Assembly (NCBI GenBank): GCA_963663765.2
Contig: CAXXUA010000005.1
Location: 1,024,001 to 1,088,000 of the forward strand
Source of the DNA: Candidatus Poribacteria bacterium
GTDB taxonomy: Bacteria; Poribacteria; WGA-4E; WGA-3G
DNA length: 64,000 bases
Direction: 5' to 3'
Under the pieces are notes generated by a model. The model saw only the letters and a list, made by a program, of their open reading frames with translations. It ran no database searches and was not told the DNA's origin. Positions 30,336 to 41,100 of this stretch are shown one piece after another. The position numbers and the translations under genes were made by a program. Within the stretch, counting starts at the first letter, position 1. Every line of letters begins with the position of its first letter.

Positions 30336-30385
30336 TAATAAATTAATCTTCATAAAGTTTTAATAAATTAATCTTCATAAAGTTT
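30336..30385 (+). repeat. Tandem duplication of a 25-bp MITE-end sequence
   Basis: TAATAAATTAATCTTCATAAAGTTT twice; reverse complement of the TATGAAGATTAAT TIR. Confidence 0.75.
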
Positions 30386-30419
30386 GTGCTAAATAGTGGC
30401 AACTTGGGTAATTTAGTAA

Positions 30420-30644
30420 CAGGGTTATTCAGTTTTATAAATTGAAAGTCAATGAGTTTACTAATAGTTATTTATAATTGCATCAGTGCAAAGTAGTAGG
30501 CACACTCTGTGTGCCGTGTTCCACTCTAAAAACGGCACGCGGAACGTGCCTACTACCATGTCTGATTATTGATTATTATCTAACCTGCAATACATTAGCA
30601 TTTGTGATAAAATGGTTCAGAAAACCTAAAACTGAATAACCCTT
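30420..30644. mobile_element. 225-bp MITE (CAGGGTTATTCAGTTTT TIR) with perfect 9-bp TSD and a REP doublet
   Basis: ATTTAGTAA at 30411-30419 and 30645-30653; internal GTAGTAGGCAC...GTGCCTACTAC. Confidence 0.9.
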
Positions 30645-30646
30645 AT

Positions 30647-31609
30647 TTAGTAAAGATGGGCGACATAGTCACCGTAACCGTTGTAAATTTGGGTTGGGTA
30701 CATTTTATCACGTGAGGGTAACAACCACTCACGTGCTTGGGACCAACGTGGATGTGAAACGTTTGGGTTGACGTTTGCTTCAAAACCGTATTCTCGCGGT
30801 GCAAGAACGTTCCAAAAGGTCCGAGGTTTCTTATCGGTCAGTTCAATACGGACTATGGATTTGATGCTCTTAAACCCATATTTCCACGGGACAATCAATC
30901 TGATAGGTGCACCGTGTTGTGGTGGTAAGATATGTCCATAGATACCAACAACCAGTAATGTCAATTCATTCATGGCTTCTGCTAATGTTAACCCTTCAAC
31001 ATAAGGCCACGGCAATCTGGTATTGTTTTGCTGAGATGCTACCCTACGATCCAAAAATGTGACCATTCGTACATACTTGGCTTCAGTTTTCGGTTGAACT
31101 TTTTCAAGTAGTGCTTTCATCGGAAAACCAACCCAAGGTACTACCATCGCCCAGGTTTCAACACAACGGAAACGATAGATACGTTCTTCAAGCGGCATCT
31201 GTTTAATGAGATCGTCAATATCAACGGTCATCGGTTTATCAACAAGACCCGATATCTCAATCTCCCAAGGCCGCGTTTTAAACTTTTCAACCCTACTCCA
31301 GACTGTGCTTTTTGAACTTGTGAACTCATAGAAATTATTAAAAGTCGCTGCGTCAATTTCATCAGTTAGAGGTCGAGTTACAGTGAATTCTTCGTTTTTA
31401 TCTGAATTAAGTGTCTTTTCTTGAAACGGTTTTAACTGATTCAATAGTCTGCTGTCTTGTGCACAAGCACTTGTACTGATAAGAGATATGGCACCTGCAC
31501 CCGCTATACCAAGATCTTTGATGAACTTTCTGCGATCAATGTATACTGATTCAGGAGTTACACGATTTTCTGGGATTTCCCACCCCTTTGGTATTTTTAT
31601 ATACGTCAT
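30647..31609 (-). CDS. msrP: Protein-methionine-sulfoxide reductase catalytic subunit MsrP (YedY)
   Basis: Tat motif DRRKFIK; NNFYEF, RFRCVETWAMVVPW, HGAPIRLIVPWKYGFKSIKSI, HPRWSQA. Confidence 0.95.
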   Translation of the reverse strand: MTYIKIPKGWEIPENRVTPESVYIDRRKFIKDLGIAGAGAISLISTSACAQDSRLLNQLKPFQEKTLNSDKNEEFTVTRPLTDEIDAATFNNFYEFTSSKSTVWSRVEKFKTRPWEIEISGLVDKPMTVDIDDLIKQMPLEERIYRFRCVETWAMVVPWVGFPMKALLEKVQPKTEAKYVRMVTFLDRRVASQQNNTRLPWPYVEGLTLAEAMNELTLLVVGIYGHILPPQHGAPIRLIVPWKYGFKSIKSIVRIELTDKKPRTFWNVLAPREYGFEANVNPNVSHPRWSQAREWLLPSRDKMYPTQIYNGYGDYVAHLY

Positions 31610-31771
31610 CGGATTCTCCTTTTATATATTATTGTATGTTATCTTTTGAAATATTTAACTCTGAAATATGCAATCAGTTTACAGTGTATGTTAGAAAATA
31701 GGTTCTTTATAGTGCATATCTCAAATTATACAGACTTTCAATGAAGTATGCAACCCTTTTTGTTTGATTAG

Positions 31772-31973
31772 CAGGGTTATTTAGTTTTAGATATTTTGGC
31801 AGATATTTATAACATTCGTGAATTGATTTTGTAAGACAAGTTGGGCGTGAGCGAAACCCAACATGATAGACATAATCAATACATGTCGGGTTTCGCAAAC
31901 GCTCTAACCGACCTACGATATAAACTTTAAGTAACACCCATCAACTGATATTTCTTAAAACTGAATATCCCTG
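31772..31973. mobile_element. MITE of the CAGGG TIR family with a different REP pair
   Basis: CAGGGTTATTTAGTTTT / AAAACTGAATATCCCTG; flanks TTTGATTAG/CCTGATTAG; internal GTTGGG..GAAACCCAAC and GTCGGGTTTC..CCGACCTAC. Confidence 0.75.
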
Positions 31974-32122
31974 CCTGATTAGGTATGTAAAGTTTTTGTC
32001 AGAATCACGGATTTTGCGGATTTAACCAAATCAACGGTATGAATGCCTTATGAAGATTAACTTATTAATGCGGTAATAAACTATTTCCTATATTTGCAAT
32101 ACCTTCGCCAATAATAGACAAT

Positions 32123-32200
32123 CTGTCAGATTGTGCGGGCAGTTGTAGCACATTCTGCCAGATTGTGCGGGCAGTTGTAGCACATTCTGCCAGATTGTGC
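32123..32200 (+). repeat. About 2.4 x 32-bp tandem REP-like repeat
   Basis: CAGATTGTGCGGGCAGTTGTAGCACATTCTGC repeated. Confidence 0.85.
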
Positions 32201-32807
32201 ATATAAATTATTCTGTCAGATTCTATCGTCAAATTAGACGCTATGATAATTAAAAATACTTCAACGAAAACCTGAAGTTATTTTTATTTATGTAATCCTA
32301 ACAATATCACAGAGCAATGGTAGATCAACACTATATACTCATTCAACTGAAGCACTCAAAAATGGCGAAGGTATTGATATTTGACGAAGATGTTGGATAA
32401 AAAACATTTGTAAGGGATAAGTAGAATTACCGATTTTATTTCTTAATCTTGAAAAGACTTATGCACTAAATGGTAGGCGTGCTTTGTAAGCGCACTGGAA
32501 ACCGAAAAAATGCTGTAAATTACATCATCTTTGCCATAATTCTTTATTATCTGTGGAAACTGCGTAAGTCCTGGTTCAAATTAGGGGAATAAGGTTAAAA
32601 GTCATTATTTTGGTGTTTTAAACCCACTGAATCCTCTATCAATGGGACTTTAAGAAAAATGCGTAAGTCCTTAAATTGACATACCGCATTTCATTGATTT
32701 ATCCAATTTACAAGACCATAAACACGCAACAAATCCAATTGTCTTACTTTTCAAGTAGGAGAGAGGAGTTTTCACAATTTTTATTTTGACATTTCACCAC
32801 CATATAA

Positions 32808-33029
32808 CCTACTTTCCGCACTTTAAATTTGCGTTTTTTGATATTAATGTGATAAACCCTTACGTAGCCTAAGTTCAGCAAACATTTTCAATATTAAAGA
32901 TTCAAAAACAAGTTGAATTCAGTCTCAAAATTTAGAACACGAGATCTCCATTATTGTGTGCGATTCCTTGTTTGACGCGGGTTTATGCTAATATTATAAA
33001 AATATCTCAAAACAAGTGCGGAAAGTAAG
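32808..33029. mobile_element. 222-bp MITE, 16-bp TIR, 6-bp TSD ATATAA
   Basis: ATATAA|CCTACTTTCCGCACTT ... AAGTGCGGAAAGTAAG|ATATAA; empty-site paralog at about 33470-33510. Confidence 0.88.
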
Positions 33030-33193
33030 ATATAATATACAATAATATTAAGACATTGATTATTTTATATATTATATATATTATATATATATCCTGCTAT
33101 TATTAATACTTTTTAAGTTACCACCTATGAAGCGTGATCTAATTTTTTTTTTCTTTTGAGTGCGCAACTGGAAGTTTACGCTACATAGTGTTG

Positions 33194-33358
33194 TATTTGG
33201 CGAATTATGAAAATAATTTTATTTTGTTTTCAGTATACTGCTTTAGTAGGTGGGCTATATATTATCACTATTGTATTCAGTAAGAGTGACCGCCAAGTCA
33301 CGACCAGGAGGTCGCTCCTACCTGTTACAGAGTGTAATTAATTTCATTATCTACCATA
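33194..33358. mobile_element. Degenerate TA-flanked MITE with REP cargo
   Basis: Absent from the paralogous copy at about 33630-33660; right end AATTAATTTCATTATCTACCATA; internal CGACCAGGAGGTCGCTCCTAC. Confidence 0.65.
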
Positions 33359-33469
33359 AATGAGATATTTGTATTAAAAGCAGTGACTTCAGATCCATAA
33401 TCTTGTAGGAAGCAATTTGGGTCATTTGTCTAATTATCTTTTTGTAATAGAGGAATTTCTACAATTTTC

Positions 33470-33497
33470 TTGACATTACACCACCATATAATATAAT
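33470..33497 (+). promoter_or_regulatory. Consensus sigma70 promoter upstream of the secreted-protein island
   Basis: TTGACA-N16-TATAAT. Confidence 0.6.
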
Positions 33498-33854
33498 AAT
33501 ATTAAGACATATAATAAAGTATTATTATTATATTATATGTTATAATCTTATTATTGCTTAAGTTGCTAAACATGAAGCGGGATCTAAAAAACTGTTCTTT
33601 TGGGAGTGAAAACTGAAAGTTTGCGCTACATAGTGTTGATTAAATGGGATATCTGTATTAAAAGCAGTGACTTCAGATCCATAATCTTGTAGGAAGCAAT
33701 TTGGGTCATTATATATTACTTGACATATTTTGATTTATGGTGAAACAAAAATAAATTAGACACTTTCCTCCTTCAGTAGACAAGGTCTCATAACCTTGAT
33801 GGAGCGTAGTGTGCGGCTAATTCTAAAACCTACTATAAATAAAGGAGAGAAACC

Positions 33855-34874
33855 TTGAAAACTATAAAAATCCATCCAAACGTAATTCTATCCGTTTTAC
33901 TTCCACTGATAATGATATTTTGTATCCAGACAATAAGTTATGCGAACAACGATCCCGTTTTTACCAATGGTGATTCTACACAACGAAGTGTTTGAGAGAA
34001 TACTGCTGCTGGTGAAAACATCGGTGCCCCTGTGGCGGCAACCGATGACGATGACGATACCTTGACCTATAGTTTGGGAGGAAATAACGCAACCAGTTTT
34101 GCAATTGATAGTACCACTGGCCAACTGAAGACAAGCGCAGAACTAAATTATGAAAGAGAAAATACTTACAAAGTAACAATTTCTGTATCTGATGGGAACG
34201 AAGGTAGCGACACGATTAATGTCACAATTAAGGTTAAAGATGTGGTTGACATATATACTCCGTTAAGTGAACGCACGCCTGCAGTTACTCAGGAGATTGT
34301 TAGGAGAATATCGTCAGCAAGAACGGCGGATGATGTCGGTGATAAAGATCTGCGAAAAGTTACAACATTGACTCTACGAAGTAAAGAAATATCAGAACTT
34401 AAGAGTAATGATTTTAACGGACTTACCAAAGTGCAACATCTGTGGTTGACTAATAATCCACTCACGACTCTACCATCGGGTCTCTTTAATGGTATGACAG
34501 AATTATCGCATCTTGCACTGTATAGTAATTCAATATCGAGTCTACCAGCGGATATTTTTGATGGTCTGACTGCCAGAGTAGGCATAAACATAAATCTATC
34601 CTACAATGATCTTACGAGTGTTCCTGATGGGATATTTGACGGATTGACTACGTTGGGTGATCTAGAATTCAGAGATAACACATCAACACTTGTATTTCCT
34701 TTCTCGTTTCGGAAGGCAAGTGATGGTGTTTACAAAGCAACAGCCCAGAAAGAGGCTACATTTGATATGGAGCTTCCGGTGACTATCACCAATGGATACA
34801 TGCTTGGTGGAGCAACCTCCATTACGATCTCAAAAGGTAGTTTAGAAAGTTCAAATAATACCAATTCTAATTGA
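33855..34874 (+). pseudogene. Cadherin plus LRR secreted protein pseudogene (paralog of the giant gene)
   Basis: RBS AAGGAG with TTG start and signal peptide; in-frame TGA at 33993-33995 (RSV*EN); ends mid-domain at GSLES. Confidence 0.8.
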
Positions 34875-35126
34875 TTATATCTCATTAGCAGTTTTTATAA
34901 AATACGAGAACCCTGTGATTTTTGCGATGACATCGTTAGAATAATCAGAAAGTTTGCGGGTTTTACTCTCGGTGTCTTCTTAAACATAAGTTTAGGACGC
35001 AAGTTGATGGCATTAAAAGATGTTGTCCACGCATAAACTCACATAACAGTATTTAACATATTACATACATATAATCATTTAGCACAAGTCGTAAACTATA
35101 GACGATTTAAGGGGAGATTTTTAAAA

Positions 35127-38100
35127 ATGTTGAATTCAAATAAAAAACATATCGTATCCATTTTCGTGGCGATTTTAATAGCTTTAGGAATGTCTAACAC
35201 AGGTTATGCGGACATTACGCCTGTCAGCGAGCGCACACAGCAGGTGCAAGACGCTATTGTTGCTGCTGTGCCGGGTGTCAATTCTGCTGCAGATGTGACG
35301 GAAGCACACCTCGCTAGTATTGGTCGGTTGAGACTGATTGGAAAGAACATCGCAGCACTGAAAGAAGGCGACTTTGATGGACTAACTTCACTGGTTCGGC
35401 TTTCAATAGGTCGTAACCCGCTCAGCAGTTTACCAGAGGGTATATTCTCAGATTTGACTTCACTTACTTTTCTTGACATGGGTGGGAACCAGATTAGTAA
35501 TCTATCTGCTGACGTATTTTCAGGTTTGTCATCCCTCACATCCTTGATTATGCCAGCGAACCAGATTAGTAGTCTACCGGCAGGTATATTTTCAGATTTG
35601 TCTTCGATTCAACACATTTCTCTTTGGGGAAATCAACTGACTACTCTTCCATCGGGTCTATTTACAGGTTTGTCTTCGCTGGCAGAGATACACCTTAAAA
35701 GTAACCAGATTAGTAGTCTACCTGCGGACGTATTCTCAGGCTTGTCATCCCTCACAACGATTAGACTCGGCAGTAACCGATTAAGTATTCTACCTGCGGG
35801 TCTATTTTCAGGTTTGTCATCCCTCACAACGATTGAACTTGGGTGGAATCAACTGAATAATCTATCTGCAGGACTATTTACAGGTTTGTCATCCCTCACA
35901 AAGATTGAACTCTATGGTAACCAACTGACGACTCTTCCTACGGGTCTATTCTCAGGTTTATCTTCGCTGGATTCGATTTCCCTTTATCGGAATCAATTGA
36001 GTAGTCTTCCAATGGGTATCTTCTCAGGTTTGTCTTCACTCACTACGTTGAACCTGAGTGACAACGCCCCAGAATTATCTTTGATAATTGAGCTGCAGCA
36101 GGTTGGTGTGAATCAGTTCAAGGCAGTTATGGCTACCGGTGCGCCATTTACTATTGTGGTGCCGCTCAATGTTGCGAATGGGAGTATTATGGGTGGTGCA
36201 ACGACTGCTACTATTCCCATCGGTAGTGTAGAAAGCACACCTTTCACGGTGATCCCGACCCCTGGCACATCTGATGCTGTGTCCTTGCTATTAGGGACTT
36301 TACCGGATCTACCCTCAGATCATAGAGGTTATACACTCGCGCCCTTTAATTTTCCCCCAGAATTCGTTGAGGGTCCGAGCACGATACGCACAGTCGCTGA
36401 GGATATACATACTGGTGGAGATGTCGGCACCGCAGTCAGTGCTACTGATCCGTATAACGACCCATTGACCTACACACTGAGCGGGACAGATGCCAGTTCA
36501 TTTACAATTGATGCCACGACTGGGCAGTTAAGAACCAATATACGACTTGACTACGAAACACAATCCACCTACATGGTAACTGTTAATGTTACGGATGGCA
36601 CTTTAAATGATTCAATAGCGGTAACTATCAATGTTACTGATGTAGAACCGGAGGTTTTGAATGCTGGTGAACCGCGCACCGTGAGGCTTTTCTATTTCTT
36701 ACCCAATGATCGTCCATATCGCCAAGAAGTTGTTGACGCAATGAAAACTGGGATATTGGAGGTTCAGAGTTTCTATGCCGATCAGATGGCGGCACATGGA
36801 CATGGGAACACGACCTTTAATATTGAAACCGATGCACAAGGCGATCCGATTGTTCATCGTATTGACGCAGACAACAGTGACAGCCGATACGCGAGTAGAG
36901 GGTATACTGACGGTGAAATTGCACGAGCATTTGATACTTCCACCATGATTTCAGTCATTGTTATGGATGTTAGCCATCATCGTGTAAGAGGACAAGGTAC
37001 GGGGGATAAAAGTAATGGATGGTTAATAATATATGAAGATTGGAATTGGTTTACTGCCGCCCATGAACTGGCACACGCCTTCGGGTTACATCACGATTTT
37101 CGTGATAATACGGATATTTTGTCATACGGAACAACGGATCGTTCAACTGCTACATTGTCTGCTGCTGCTGCCGAGTTTTTATCGGTGCATCCTTACTTTG
37201 ATTCCAGTATCCCCCTTGAAATTGGAACACGACCTACCGTAGAACTGGTTTCACCGACAACTTATCCTGCTGGATCAGAAAGCGTCAATATCCGAGTAAG
37301 GGTTCGCGACGATACCGGACTTCATCAGGCAATGCTTTTTGTTCGTCCCAACAATCCCTTTCGGGGTACCACTCCGGAACTGAAATTATGGCAAAAGTTG
37401 GATGGTGAAACAGATACTACTGTTGTATTCAATTTCGACGGTAGAGTTCCATCAGACAGTGACAAGTCAGATCCTGACGCACATAAGACACTCGCCAATG
37501 CGAATCAACACGAAATCAGTGTGATGGCAGTAGATACGGAGGGAAACTGGTATAGATCTAATTTTATTACACTTGAAGCAGGGGAAGCTCAAGAGATTAC
37601 TATTCCGCTTAGCGACCGCACACCCCAGGTGCGCGATGCTATTGTGGCTGCAGTGCCAGGTGTGAATTCTGCCAGGGGTGTAACCGCAGCACACCTTGCT
37701 GCGATTACGCGCCTAGATCTTCAACATGAAGGGATTACATCACTGAAAACAGGTGATTTTGATGGACTCACCGCACTGATAACGCTCCTACTGGGCAGCA
37801 ATTCCTTGACATCCCTGCCTGAGGGGGTCTTCAGTGGTTTGTCATCACTCACTACGCTTTATGTGGGTTTCAATTCCCTGACATCCCTGCCTGAGGGGGT
37901 CTTCAGTGGTTTGTCATCACTCACTACGCTCGGTCTGAGGGATAATTCCCTGACATCTCTGCCAGCAGGGGTTTTTGATGGTTTGTCAGCACTCACGACG
38001 CTATATCTGAATAACAATGATCTGACATCTCTGCCTGCAGGTATCTTTTCTGGGTTATCGTCGCTGACAACACTTAATTTGAAGGGTAACGCTGTCTACC

Positions 38101-41100
38101 CGATGCCCCTTACAGTGAAGCTGGTAAAAGTTGGAGCAGATCAGTTCCAGTTGGATGTGCCTACCGGTGCGCCATCTGACATGGACTTACCACTTATTGT
38201 TGTGAATGGAACTATTAATGGCGGCGTAGAACGTGTCACGATCCCGACAGGCAGTGTGAGAAGCGATGTCCTCACCGTTACCCGTACGCCCGGTACAACA
38301 GCTGCAGTCATTGTAGACCTTGAGAGGACAGTGCCGAGTCCTACCGGGGCCGACTACGTTTTCTACAAATCATTCGCTCATTTGGAAATCTTCAGTCCTT
38401 TGGCAGGAGCACCCACCCCTGTGACCAAACGCACACCGCAAGTGCTTGACGCTATCGTAGCTGCAGTACCAGAGATAGATCATATCCACCATGATAGAGA
38501 CATACGTTACCTGATAGGTGGACAGTTTGTAGACAAGAAATATAACATGGGACACTATGTGTCTGAGGCACACCTCGCGGCAATTACGAATCTGGATGTG
38601 TTCGGTGTGTCTGGCGGTGCTGACTTAAGCCTCAGCGGTAATTGGTTTAGTCTGCATGGCAACGCTACAGAACTGAAACTCGGTGATTTTGATGGCATGA
38701 CGAACTTAGCAAAACTCCGCCTTGATGGCAACGAGTTGAGTTCATTGCCAGCGGGTCTCTTTGACAATCTCACCAACCTGACTACGCTCAACCTTAGCAG
38801 CAACGAGTTGAGTTCATTACCAGCGGGTCTCTTTGACAATCTCACCAACCTGACATATCTCAACCTATTTGACAATCCGTTGAGTCCACTGCCGGAAGGC
38901 TATTTTGATAAACTCACAAATCTAACAACGCTTATCCTACCACCTTTCATCACGCCAACCCCAGTGACGGAAGTGGGTGAGATTACCCTCCCGATCGCTG
39001 ACCGGACACCGCAGGTGCGCGACGCAATTGTGGCTGCAGCCGGTGTCAATTCTGCCGCCGATGTGACCGCAGCACATCTCGCTGCAATTACGGAATTGGA
39101 TCTGGAAGCAGAGAATATTGCAGCACTAAAACAAGGAGATTTTGACAATCTTCCCGGTTTGGAATTACTTGTACTAAACGGAACGTTCAATGTCTTGCCA
39201 GAAGGTATCTTTGATAGTCTCACCAATCTGAAAAGCCTTGGCATCAGGAGCACTCAGTTGCGTTCATTACCAGCCGGCATCTTTGACAATCTTACAAATC
39301 TGATAAACTTTGTCATAGATAACACCCCGTTGCGTTCATTACCAGCTGGCATCTTCGACAATCTCACCAATCTGAAATCACTCGGCATAGTCAACACTCA
39401 GTTGAGTTCATTACCAGTCGGCATCTTTGACAATCTTACCAACGTGCCATTCATCTTCCTAAATAATAACCAACTGAGTTCATTACCTGATGGCATCTTT
39501 GACAAAGCTACAATGTGGTTATTCCTAAACGACAACCAGTTGAGTTCATTACCTGATGGCATCTTTGAGGGAATTTTTGATGAACCTCCCGACCTTACAT
39601 TGTTTGGGGGAGTTCCACCGGATCAACTACCGGAGGGAGATTCTGACAGCATAGACTTCACATTTGTTACCCTTGGCGGCAACCTTGTTGACCCGATGCC
39701 CCTTACTGTCTCGTTGGAACGGGTTGGTGAAGGTCAATTCAAAGCGGTTGCCCCCGCGGGAGCACCATTTGAACTTGTGCTGCCTATCAGGATTGCAAAC
39801 GGTAGTATCAACAGGGGTGTAGAGAGTATAACGATCCCCGTAGGCGGTGTGGAAAGCGTTACCTTCACCGTGACCCGTACATCAGGGGCAACCTATGCTA
39901 CCACAGTAAATATTGGCACATTACCTCAACTACCCTCGGGTCATAGCGGTTATACTCTTGTCAAATCCGATGCCCTTCCGCTGGTGTTCTCAGAACTGGG
40001 TGGACAGGTGATCGTTCCTGTGAGTGAACGCACACCAGAGGTGCGTGATGCTATTGTTGCGGCAGTACCAGGTGTGAATTCCGCTGCAGATGTGACTGAA
40101 GCACACCTTGCTGCGATTACAAGCCTGGGTTTGGGGCTTAGTAATCCTACGAAGGTAGGCGATTTTGATGGACTCACCGGTCTGACAAGAATTGGAATGG
40201 GTACAGATCTAACCTCCATTCCGGTAGGTTTTTTCAATGAACTAAACAACTTAACGTTTTTGGATTGGGAAGATTTACAATTAAGTTCACTGCCAGCCGG
40301 AATATTTGACAATCTCCCTAATCTGACACACATGAGTCTTGGTTTTGTACAATTGAGTTCTTTGCCCGATGGTATCTTTGACAATCTCACCAACCTGACA
40401 ACTTTCTATCTTGGATCATTGCAGTTGAGTTCTTTGCCCGATGGTATCTTTGACAATCTCACCAACCTGACAGTTTTGGATCTTGGATCTCCTAAGTTGA
40501 GTTCTTTGCCCGATGGTATCTTTGACAATCTCACCAACCTGACAAGTCTCAGAATATCCCAGACACAAATGTTAACATTGCCTGATGGACTGTTATCTGG
40601 CCTATCGTCATTAACAAGCCTCAGTTTTTTTAGTAACGCAGCTGACCCGATGCCTCTCACTATCTCACTGGAGAAGGTTGGTACAGATCAATTCAAGGCA
40701 GTTGCACCCACGGGCGCGCCTTTTGATATGGTGCTGCCGATAACCGTTACCGATGGCAGCATTAGCGGTGGTACAACAACTCTTACAATACTCGCAGGCA
40801 GCATGGAAAGTGAAGTGCTTACCGTGACACGCACACCCGGTGCAACATACGCTACCACAGTAAATATCGGCATATTTCCAAGTCTACCTGCAAATCATAC
40901 CGGTTATTCCCTTGTCAAATCCGTTGACCTGCCGCTTACGTTCCCGGAACTGGGTGGACAGGTATTCACCTCAGTCGGCAGTCGTACGTCACAAGTAGCA
41001 GAGGCGATCCTCGGTGTTGTCCGTCTAAACGATCCGAACGTCTCCAGTTTCGCAGAAATCACGAATAGTCACCTTACTGGAATTACTGCCTTATATTTGA

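Noticed and set aside
31707-31937. 76-aa ORF upstream of msrP (possible msrQ)
   Set aside because: Lies largely inside a MITE, has no transmembrane helices and does not resemble MsrQ
33040-33100. Replication origin at the AT-rich strand-switch region
   Set aside because: No DnaA-box cluster or dnaA/rep gene; the AT tract is part of the duplicated promoter leader
33993-33995. Selenocysteine or readthrough TGA
   Set aside because: The position is a variable non-Cys residue in paralogous cadherin repeats (RSVTEN/RTVAEN) and the gene is also 3'-truncated, so a nonsense mutation is simpler
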